From IMG/VR virus record IMGVR_UViG_2541047727_000009: DNA of 31,660 nucleotides; one strand, given 5' to 3'. This DNA comes from a virus (taxonomy: Duplodnaviria > Heunggongvirae > Uroviricota > Caudoviricetes > Peduoviridae). The first letter of the stretch is position 1. Every line of letters starts with the position of its first letter. The notes under the pieces are model-generated. The model was not told where the DNA came from. It searched no databases and saw nothing but the letters and a program-made list of their open reading frames with translations. Made by a program: the position numbers and the translations under genes. Positions 16,703-25,881 of this stretch are shown here, piece after piece.

Positions 16703-17776
16703 TTACGCTCCCGGCTCTGCGGTCGCCCTGGCCGGTGTGGAGAAATCACCGACCTTAATTTTTTCCACCAGACAACCGGCGGCGTAGTCTTCCACCACGT
16801 AATCAATGTTCATTGACTCGTAGTTCTCCACGCGGTCGAGTTTCGGGTTTTCCACAATCACGCGGCGATGGCTGTCATCCATGTAGTAGATGGACAGGTT
16901 TTCCAGCTTCGTGATGAGCATCGCATCCGCCGGGAAGTACGGGACGCGTACCGCCGGCAGGTTACCGATGCGTTTCTGGCTGATGATGACGTCAGCGGCC
17001 AGCATTTCGCTGTTGTCCTGCTCCTTGTTGACGATGGGGAAATACTTGTCCGCCAGTAGCTGACGTCCCACAATCACCACAAGGTCAGGGTCTTCCTGAT
17101 ACCACGGCTCAATCAGGTTGTTGGTCGCATCCATCACCAGTGCATCAAGGCTGGCATAATCACCGCCCTTACCCACGCGGATAACCTCAGAGGTGGTGCG
17201 GCCTTCCTCGTCAGTGACCTTGCTCATCACGCGCGCCGGGGCTTCATTGCGGTATTTCTGCAGCCAGCCGACCGCCACATCCTGCAGCATCGGATTGCTG
17301 CTGCGGTCAGAGGTTTCGGCACGCTTCACGCCGTTAAAACCGGCCATGATGAAATCAAGGGACTGGCGTTTGATAATGGCGTTACGGATACGGAGCTGGA
17401 AATCCTGATAACGCGCCCACAGGTCCAGCGTTTTGTAGCGGATATAAAAATCGAAGTTAATCTGGTCGCATTCGTACTTGTTTGACGCCAGCTTCGAGAA
17501 GTCCTTCGGCTGACGCTCGGTGCCACCGGCGGTGTCGGTGGTGCTGGCGATGGAGCCGGTGACACCAATACCAATTTTTTCCCCTTTCATTTCGCTGACC
17601 GGCACAATGTTGATGCGGGTCAGAAAATCAGAGGACTCCTGCATGGTGTTCATCAGGGTCTGGGTGACCGACGGTTCAACGGTGAATTTTTTCGACACAT
17701 CACCGGCGTCGATGCCGTTCAGTTCGGCAACACGGGACAGATAGGCATTAAATTTAAAGCGGGTTTCCTGGCGCAT
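16703..17776 (-). CDS. N: major capsid protein N, 357 aa
   Basis: 357-aa ORF downstream of scaffold O; size and order equal P2 gpN. Confidence 0.9.
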   Translation of the reverse strand: MRQETRFKFNAYLSRVAELNGIDAGDVSKKFTVEPSVTQTLMNTMQESSDFLTRINIVPVSEMKGEKIGIGVTGSIASTTDTAGGTERQPKDFSKLASNKYECDQINFDFYIRYKTLDLWARYQDFQLRIRNAIIKRQSLDFIMAGFNGVKRAETSDRSSNPMLQDVAVGWLQKYRNEAPARVMSKVTDEEGRTTSEVIRVGKGGDYASLDALVMDATNNLIEPWYQEDPDLVVIVGRQLLADKYFPIVNKEQDNSEMLAADVIISQKRIGNLPAVRVPYFPADAMLITKLENLSIYYMDDSHRRVIVENPKLDRVENYESMNIDYVVEDYAAGCLVEKIKVGDFSTPARATAEPGA

Positions 17777-17834
17777 AGTTTTTCCTGAAATTAAGGGTTA
17801 ATCGTGAAGGTTTTCCCGGACTGACTGACGCCGG

Positions 17835-18689
17835 TCAGCAGTTCGTCATCAGGGCGTCACCGCCACCGCCGGTGGCCTTGCTGCGGCGCTGCTGGGTCAG
17901 ACTTTCGGTGTGGTCGAGGCTGTTTTTCAGGCGGGTGAATGCCTGGCTGGTTTCATCCGCCCTGTCAGTCACATCCTGCTTAAGTGCGGAAAAGGCGGTT
18001 TCCATCTCAGCGAGGCGCTGCTCAGTGGCGCTCAGTTTTTCCTGCACATGTTCAGCAACAGCGGTCACCGCTTCATGCACGTCATTCAGACGGGCGTCAT
18101 CGCTGGCCTGTTTGCGGCCAAAAATGGATTTCACCTTTTCGGTCAGGGCGGTGAACACGGTTTCAGGCAGGTCTTCAAATTCCAGCTCAACAGGCGTTGC
18201 CACTGAAATCAGGTTTTCAGGGCTTAATTTGAAGCGGTTCAGGGGGTTGTGTTTTGCCGTGCGGCAGAATTCCAGGTATTCCGTGCCGAGGCTTGCCGGG
18301 TCATCGGTGACGGCCAGCCCCACCAGATAACATTTGCCGGTGTTGGCAAAGTTCGGCTGAATTTCCATTGAGGTGTAGACCTTCTGCGCGGCCTTGTTCA
18401 TCGCGATAAGGTCATCGGTCGGGGTGATTTTCGCAAACAGCGCCCATTTGCCTTTCAGCGCCGAATCATCGTCAATCTTTTCGGCCTTCAGTTCGACCAC
18501 ATCGCCATAACGCTTAAAAATACCGTCAGGCAGGATGCCGCGCAGATGTTCCAGGTTAATGCGGCAACCATAGACTCGCGGGTCAAAGGTTTCGGCCATT
18601 TCCTGAATATCCTGCGCACTGATGACACGCCCGTCACAGGTGTCACCCTCAACGCCGATACGAAAGAATTTTGAGACTTTTTTTGCCAT
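17835..18689 (-). CDS. O: capsid scaffold protein O, 284 aa from internal ATG
   Basis: ATG at 18689 (MAKKVSKFFRIGVEG...) gives 284 aa; first gene of the O-N-M-L operon, divergent from P. Confidence 0.85.
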   Translation of the reverse strand: MAKKVSKFFRIGVEGDTCDGRVISAQDIQEMAETFDPRVYGCRINLEHLRGILPDGIFKRYGDVVELKAEKIDDDSALKGKWALFAKITPTDDLIAMNKAAQKVYTSMEIQPNFANTGKCYLVGLAVTDDPASLGTEYLEFCRTAKHNPLNRFKLSPENLISVATPVELEFEDLPETVFTALTEKVKSIFGRKQASDDARLNDVHEAVTAVAEHVQEKLSATEQRLAEMETAFSALKQDVTDRADETSQAFTRLKNSLDHTESLTQQRRSKATGGGGDALMTNC

Positions 18690-18862
18690 TGTCAGGAGTC
18701 CTGAATAGTGATTAGAGGAGTCACATGTCGGCATCAGTTTCCCGACGATGCGCATCCTCCGCCATCAGTCCCGGATGGCTTATCACTGACACAACAGCAC
18801 CTTAGCGAATCGCGGGGCGCGACTCAGTAGCCTTGCCGTGTATTCATCACGGCGAGGTATTC
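18690..18862. promoter_or_regulatory. divergent O / P late promoter region (Ogr-dependent in P2)
   Basis: 173-bp gap between divergent O and P starts; P2 places two of its four late promoters here; individual elements not resolved. Confidence 0.45.
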
Positions 18863-20635
18863 ATGACCATCACCACAGACACCACTCTTTTACACGACCC
18901 GCGTCGTCAGGCGGCGCTGCTGTACTGGCAGGGATTTTCCGTGCCGCAGATTGCCGCCATGTTGCAGATGAAACGCCCGACGGTGCAGAGCTGGAAACAG
19001 CGCGACGGCTGGGACAGCGTTGCCCCCATCAGCCGTGTCGAAATGAGTCTGGAAGCGCGGCTGACCCAGCTCATCATCAAACCGCAGAAAACCGGCGGTG
19101 ACTTCAAGGAAATTGACCTGCTCGGACGCCAGATTGAACGACTGGCACGGGTCAACCGCTACAGCCAGACCGGCAACGAGGCAGACCTTAATCCGAACGT
19201 CGCTAACCGCAACAAAGGCGGGCGGCGCAAACCGAAAAAGAATTTTTTCAGTGACGAGGCCATCGAAAAGCTGGAGCAGATTTTCTTTGAGCAGTCTTTC
19301 GAATATCAGTTGCACTGGTATCGCGCCGGGCTTGAGCACCGCATCCGCGATATCCTGAAATCCCGCCAGATTGGCGCGACGTTTTATTTTTCCCGCGAGG
19401 CGCTGCTGCGCGCCCTGAAAACCGGTCATAACCAGATTTTTCTGTCGGCCAGTAAAACGCAGGCGTATGTGTTCCGCGAATACATCATCGCCTTTGCCCG
19501 TCTGGTTGACGTTGACCTGACCGGTGACCCGATTGTCCTGGGCAATAACGGCGCAAAACTGATTTTTCTCGGCACCAACTCCAACACCGCACAGAGCCAT
19601 AACGGCGACCTGTACGTCGACGAGATTTTCTGGATCCCGAATTTTCAGGTACTGCGTAAGGTGGCATCAGGTATGGCCTCACAGAGTCACCTGCGTTCGA
19701 CCTATTTCTCCACCCCGTCCACGCTGGCGCACGACGCCTACCCGTTCTGGTCAGGTGAACTGTTCAACCGGGGACGCGCCAGCGCCGCCGAACGCGTGGA
19801 AATCGACGTCAGTCATAACGCCCTTGCCGGTGGGCTTCTCTGTGCGGACGGCCAGTGGCGGCAGATTGTCACCATTGAGGACGCCCTGAAAGGTGGCTGC
19901 ACGCTGTTCGACATTGAACAGCTCAAACGCGAAAACAGCGCCGACGATTTTAAAAACCTGTTCATGTGTGAATTTGTTGACGACAAGGCGTCGGTGTTCC
20001 CGTTCGAGGAGCTGCAACGCTGCATGGTCGACACGCTGGAAGAATGGGAAGACTATGCGCCGTTTGCCGCCAATCCGTTCGGCTCCCGCCCGGTCTGGAT
20101 TGGTTACGACCCGTCACACCGTGGCGACAGCGCCGGATGCGTGGTACTGGCACCGCCGGTGGTGGCCGGTGGCAAATTCAGAATACTTGAGCGTCACCAG
20201 TGGAAAGGCATGGACTTTGCCACTCAGGCGGAATCCATCCGCAAACTCACCGAAAAATACAACGTCGAATACATCGGTATTGATGCCACCGGCCTCGGTG
20301 TCGGCGTGTTCCAGCTCGTGCGCTCGTTCTATCCCGCCGCGCGCGATATCCGCTACACGCCGGAAATGAAAACCGCAATGGTGCTCAAGGCAAAAGACGT
20401 CATCCGCCGTGGCTGTCTGGAATATGACGTCAGCGCCACCGACATCACCAGCTCGTTTATGGCTATCCGCAAGACCATGACCAGCAGCGGACGCAGCGCC
20501 ACTTATGAGGCCAGCCGCAGCGAGGAAGCCAGCCACGCCGACCTCGCCTGGGCGACCATGCACGCCCTGTTAAATGAGCCACTCACCGCCGGTATCAGCA
20601 CCCCGCTGACATCCACCATTCTGGAGTTTTACTGA
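18863..20635 (+). CDS. P: terminase large (ATPase) subunit P, 590 aa from internal ATG
   Basis: ATG at 18863 preceded by GAGGT; 590 aa; stop overlaps the Q start (ATGA). Confidence 0.9.
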   Translation: MTITTDTTLLHDPRRQAALLYWQGFSVPQIAAMLQMKRPTVQSWKQRDGWDSVAPISRVEMSLEARLTQLIIKPQKTGGDFKEIDLLGRQIERLARVNRYSQTGNEADLNPNVANRNKGGRRKPKKNFFSDEAIEKLEQIFFEQSFEYQLHWYRAGLEHRIRDILKSRQIGATFYFSREALLRALKTGHNQIFLSASKTQAYVFREYIIAFARLVDVDLTGDPIVLGNNGAKLIFLGTNSNTAQSHNGDLYVDEIFWIPNFQVLRKVASGMASQSHLRSTYFSTPSTLAHDAYPFWSGELFNRGRASAAERVEIDVSHNALAGGLLCADGQWRQIVTIEDALKGGCTLFDIEQLKRENSADDFKNLFMCEFVDDKASVFPFEELQRCMVDTLEEWEDYAPFAANPFGSRPVWIGYDPSHRGDSAGCVVLAPPVVAGGKFRILERHQWKGMDFATQAESIRKLTEKYNVEYIGIDATGLGVGVFQLVRSFYPAARDIRYTPEMKTAMVLKAKDVIRRGCLEYDVSATDITSSFMAIRKTMTSSGRSATYEASRSEEASHADLAWATMHALLNEPLTAGISTPLTSTILEFY

Positions 20636-21669
20636 TGAGCAAGAAAAAAGGGAAAACACCGCAACCTGCGGCAAAAAAAATGACCGCCAGCGCCCCGAAA
20701 ATGGAGGCATTCACCTTTGGTGAGCCGGTGCCGGTACTCGACCGCCGTGACATTCTGGATTACGTCGAGTGCATCAGTAACGGCAGATGGTATGAGCCGC
20801 CGGTCAGCTTTACCGGTCTGGCGAAAAGCCTGCGTGCTGCCGTGCATCACAGCTCACCGATTTACGTTAAACGCAATATTCTGGCCTCGACATTTATCCC
20901 GCATCCGTGGCTTTCGCAACAGGATTTCAGCCGCTTTGTGCTGGATTTTCTGGTGTTCGGTAATGCGTTTCTGGAAAAGCGTTACAGCACCACCGGTAAG
21001 ATCATCAGACTGGAAACCTCACCGGCAAAATATACCCGCCGTGGCGTGGAGGAGGATGTTTACTGGTGGGTGCCGTCCTTCAACGAGCCGACACCTTTCG
21101 CGCCCGGTTCCGTGTTTCACCTGCTGGAGCCGGATATTAATCAGGAGCTGTACGGTCTGCCGGAATATCTCAGCGCCCTTAATTCTGCCTGGCTGAATGA
21201 GTCGGCCACGCTGTTCCGCCGCAAGTATTACGAAAACGGCGCTCATGCCGGATATATCATGTACGTCACTGATGCCGTGCAGGATCGCAACGATATCGAA
21301 ATGCTCCGCGAAAACATGGTGAAGTCGAAAGGCCGCAACAACTTTAAAAACCTGTTTCTCTATGCCCCACAGGGGAAAGCCGACGGCATTAAAATTATCC
21401 CCCTCAGTGAAGTGGCGACGAAGGACGATTTTTTTAATATCAAAAAAGCCAGCGCCGCTGACCTGCTGGATGCGCACCGCATCCCCTTTCAGTTGATGGG
21501 CGGCAAGCCGGAGAACGTCGGGTCACTGGGAGATATTGAGAAAGTGGCAAAGGTCTTTGTCCGCAATGAACTTATCCCGTTACAGGACAGGATCCGCGAG
21601 ATAAACGGCTGGCTCGGTCAGGAGGTCATCCGCTTTAAAAACTACTCACTGGACACTGACAACGGCTGA
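20635..21669 (+). CDS. Q: portal protein Q, 344 aa
   Basis: 344-aa ORF translationally coupled to P; last structural gene before cos as in P2. Confidence 0.9.
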   Translation: MSKKKGKTPQPAAKKMTASAPKMEAFTFGEPVPVLDRRDILDYVECISNGRWYEPPVSFTGLAKSLRAAVHHSSPIYVKRNILASTFIPHPWLSQQDFSRFVLDFLVFGNAFLEKRYSTTGKIIRLETSPAKYTRRGVEEDVYWWVPSFNEPTPFAPGSVFHLLEPDINQELYGLPEYLSALNSAWLNESATLFRRKYYENGAHAGYIMYVTDAVQDRNDIEMLRENMVKSKGRNNFKNLFLYAPQGKADGIKIIPLSEVATKDDFFNIKKASAADLLDAHRIPFQLMGGKPENVGSLGDIEKVAKVFVRNELIPLQDRIREINGWLGQEVIRFKNYSLDTDNG

Positions 21670-21674
21670 ACATC

Positions 21675-21696
21675 GCCGCCTGCGGGCGGCTTTTTT
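21675..21696 (+). terminator. rho-independent terminator after Q
   Basis: GCCGCC-TGCG-GGCGGC hairpin followed by TTTTTT, 5 nt after the Q stop. Confidence 0.6.
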
Positions 21697-21839
21697 ACAC
21701 CCCCGTCATCACGGCCTCACACGCTCACCACCGCACAAAACACCCCGCAGACACACCAACGCCCCGGCAGGCCGACTAAATGCCATCACGACGCGCTCAG
21801 ACGCTGAAAAAATAAAATCAGCACCACCGCCAGCGCGCA

Positions 21840-21858
21840 GTGCTTTCCCCGCCTCGCC
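21840..21858. other. cos site: 19-nt cohesive-end sequence (reverse complement GGCGAGGCGGGGAAAGCAC)
   Basis: Plus strand GTGCTTTCCCCGCCTCGCC; its complement matches the P2 cohesive end as I recall it; sits ~170 bp beyond the Q stop, as in P2. Confidence 0.75.
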
Positions 21859-21915
21859 CGCCCGCTTCATGGGGCGGTTTTAATGCAGTTGCACGAACAA
21901 TCCAGATTCGCGCCA

Positions 21916-21939
21916 GCTCTGACAATATACTGTCAGAGC
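21916..21939. repeat. perfect 9-bp inverted repeat GCTCTGACA-N6-TGTCAGAGC next to cos
   Basis: Read directly from sequence; no flanking T-run, so not a canonical terminator. Confidence 0.5.
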
Positions 21940-22533
21940 AAGCACGTCTGACGCATGCAAAAAAATGCATCTTTTGTATGCAATGCAGAAATCAAACAAA
22001 TTTGAGTATAAATTAACGATGAGCCCTATGATTTTTAACTTCATCCCTAGCAGTTAACAGCAAATTAAAAGTCTTTATCTGCCTGATACTGCCCTGAACA
22101 GTAGTAACAACGATACTCAACATCACCATCATCCATTGGCCAAATGCTCATTTCGCTGCTGGGAGCCTGCGCACCACAACAATCGCAAGCAACATCAATA
22201 TCATCACTATCTTCATTCTGACAAAAAGTGCATTTGTAACCCGTAGAAGACTCATCAGAGGGAATCATTGTGTCGTTAGAACACTCAGGACATTCATAAA
22301 CTTTCCAATCGACCAATTCATAAAATTTATGCCTAACCCCATAAAAAGCTTCAGCCTCTCTTTCTTCAACTTCTTTCTTGGCTTCAGAGAGCCTATGAGA
22401 GTATTCATCAGCTAAAGTTTGAAATATCTGTAAGTTATCTGCACCGACTTCATCTTCAAGATTAAAAAGATCGAAGATATCAATAAACTCAGCTACCCCC
22501 CGGACTAGGCGTCCAATACACAAGCGCGCGTCT

Positions 22534-22537
22534 TTAG
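22534..22537. repeat. IS5 target-site duplication TTAG (left copy; right copy at 23733-23736)
   Basis: Identical 4-bp TTAG directly flanks both IS5 termini; fits the IS5 YTAR target preference. Confidence 0.7.
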
Positions 22538-23732
<1,195 letters not shown>

Positions 23733-24264
23733 TTAGGAGTAAGTCTGAATTGATAATGCTCAATATCATTTCTTAAATTCTTTATCCAAGCTATATCATT
23801 ACAAAAATCAATATCTACAAAATCAACCCCAGTTATGCCACATTTCTCACACTTAGCAAAGTTTAGTGCCTGATCTAAGGTTATCGTATATGGCCTAGAT
23901 TTCCCTTCAATGAACCTTCCTAAATCAACGCCATCCTCGATAATTTTATTATATGCGTCTAAAAGACTGATTGATTCTCGCTTTGCTCTTGTAGCTATTT
24001 GTTTATAGCAATCGGAATACAGTAAATTTTCATCTACTGTAACAATATATAACTTCAACACCAGCTCAAGAAAATGTGACAAATGCAAGATAGCAAATTT
24101 ATATTGCCGCAATTCTCCTCTCTGCCCTAACTCATACTTTGCTAAAGCTTCATTAAAACTATCAATAGCATTCTCTTGTAAATCCAGTTGATATTCCATT
24201 ACATCACCTAAAAATTTCATATTTATATGAGTGCAGAAAACCATTCAGCACTCATTGCTTATAA

Positions 24265-24996
24265 TCAATTATCTAATATTGATACAACCTCTCCCGTTCG
24301 TATGTCGACGCGCGCAGCTATAGTCTGCTTAACCACTCCACCATAAGCATTAGTACCGCGAAACGTAGTTTTCACAATAGCGTACGGGTCTTTATTCAAA
24401 ACCAGATGATATACCGTTGACACATGTTTATAAGATGAATCATCGTTCATATTATCTTTAATTAGTTTTTCCAATGGACGATAAGAACCATCCCAACCAC
24501 TAAAATTACTCTGAAATGTATCAAGATTGATTTTATTGTTTAGTGAATTCGGGTCATTTTCATAATCATTAAAGCACCACCCAAGAACATCACCGAGTTT
24601 CAACTCATCATCTTTGGTAAATGTATACTCACTCATGCAGGCATAAAACGCATCTGACGCGGTGGCTGGAACTTCCTTAAAATCAATGTAACTATTCACA
24701 ATATCGTGTCGTGTTTTCTTTGACTCGTTCCGATATTCCTTGAGTGTTTTTTCCCCATATTCGAATGTTTTTTGGACTTTGTGTTCTGCAACGGTTGATG
24801 TTTCAGTTTTATCAACTGGCTGGCTTTTTTCTGTTGGATAGAGTATTGAACCAATTATGCTCAATACAAAACCTCCTCCGAGATAAACCGCACTTGCACG
24901 TTTGCGGTTTGGCATTCGCACCAGTGATGGCTTGATTAACCCGATGAAGAAAGCAACGAAAAAAGCGAGTGATAGAAAAGCGATTATAGTATCCAT
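24265..24996 (-). CDS. hypothetical membrane-anchored protein (two N-terminal TM helices plus ~180-aa hydrophilic domain), 243 aa from internal ATG
   Basis: ATG at 24996 preceded by AGGA; hydrophobic stretches IIAFLSLAFFVAFFIGLI and VYLGGGFVLSIIGSILY; stop lies 65 nt upstream of the HEPN-like gene start, same strand; AT-rich. Confidence 0.65.
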   Translation of the reverse strand: MDTIIAFLSLAFFVAFFIGLIKPSLVRMPNRKRASAVYLGGGFVLSIIGSILYPTEKSQPVDKTETSTVAEHKVQKTFEYGEKTLKEYRNESKKTRHDIVNSYIDFKEVPATASDAFYACMSEYTFTKDDELKLGDVLGWCFNDYENDPNSLNNKINLDTFQSNFSGWDGSYRPLEKLIKDNMNDDSSYKHVSTVYHLVLNKDPYAIVKTTFRGTNAYGGVVKQTIAARVDIRTGEVVSILDN

Positions 24997-25425
24997 AGCT
25001 ATCCTTTTTGCATCATCCACATAAAAAATCGACCTCATGTTAGCAACAGGATGCTTACTTTTGAATATTTGTAAGTTGTTAGCTCTCCAACCTAACTCCT
25101 TTCAACCGTTAAAAACCGGCACCAACGCAGTAAAAATATGTCTGTCAACTAACGCCTCGCTTCGCTCGTTGTTCAACCCCGCCAGCCCTGAAAACAAGTT
25201 TCACGACTGGCGGCGTTCTCTATCGTCTGCGTGGTGGTGGCGCAACTCTGGACTGACCGATATAGTTAAGCCGCCCGTAATTATCCCGGACTATTTCGGC
25301 ACACCCGACCAGCTCATCGGGCGTCAGATTTTCGTTGACCATAATCCGCTGTAAACGCTGAACAATAGCCATCAGCCTGATATTTTTAGTTTTATGGTGC
25401 GGTATCTCGCTTGGTATTCTGTGCA

Positions 25426-25881
25426 TTATCCAAGCCACCCGTTTTGCTGTGCACGCTCCATCTGTTCATCTGAATAGTTCCATGCTCCATCCGTGGCAAC
25501 CATTGCCCCGCCAGACATCCCCGTCTCTGGTTCATACATAACAGCAAGGCCGAGCTGATGCATAATTTCATGATTAATTCTGAATACCAGACCACGCTCA
25601 CTAAGTTCTTTCCAGTTCACAATCTCATATGCGCCTGTATTAAGCAGCTCAATACTTAGCAAGACATAATCTTCCAGCCAGTCTGACAGGTCAGTAACAT
25701 CTGTTATCCGGGCTTCAACCTTTCGCCCCGTATACACACCCTGCACCCATTCATGCAAAATCAACGTGTCCCCGTGCTCATAATTACGGTCATTTTTCCT
25801 AAACTCTGCGCGTTTCTTTCCTTCCAGCACAAGGTCGAAATATTTTGCGTGCAGCTTTACCTCGTGAATTTTTGCCATCAT
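25426..25881 (-). CDS. ASCH/PUA-like (DUF3850-like) protein with C-terminal HExxH motif, 151 aa, translationally coupled to gene A
   Basis: ATG at 25881 overlaps the A stop (ATGATG) with GGAG 8 nt upstream; N-terminus KIHEVKLHAKYFDLVLEGKKRAEFRKNDRNYEHGDTLILHEW resembles ASCH-fold domains as I remember them; C-terminal INHEIMHQLGL carries HExxH. Confidence 0.65.
   Translation of the reverse strand: MMAKIHEVKLHAKYFDLVLEGKKRAEFRKNDRNYEHGDTLILHEWVQGVYTGRKVEARITDVTDLSDWLEDYVLLSIELLNTGAYEIVNWKELSERGLVFRINHEIMHQLGLAVMYEPETGMSGGAMVATDGAWNYSDEQMERAQQNGWLG

Noticed and set aside
18690-18862. Attempt to pinpoint the TGT-N12-ACA Ogr-response dyads at the late promoters
   Set aside because: Only imperfect matches were found by eye in the O/P, S-V and G-FI gaps, so no exact dyad coordinates are reported.
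21950-22064. AT-rich segment with GCATGCAAAAAAATGCAT-like near-palindromes downstream of the disrupted gene
   Set aside because: Imperfect symmetry and no T-run on the coding strand; probably just the AT-rich 3' edge of the cargo.
25037-25354. 105-aa plus-strand ORF in the gap upstream of the membrane-protein gene
   Set aside because: No ribosome-binding site, Trp/Arg-rich odd composition, and opposite in orientation to every neighbouring gene; more likely promoter-region noise.
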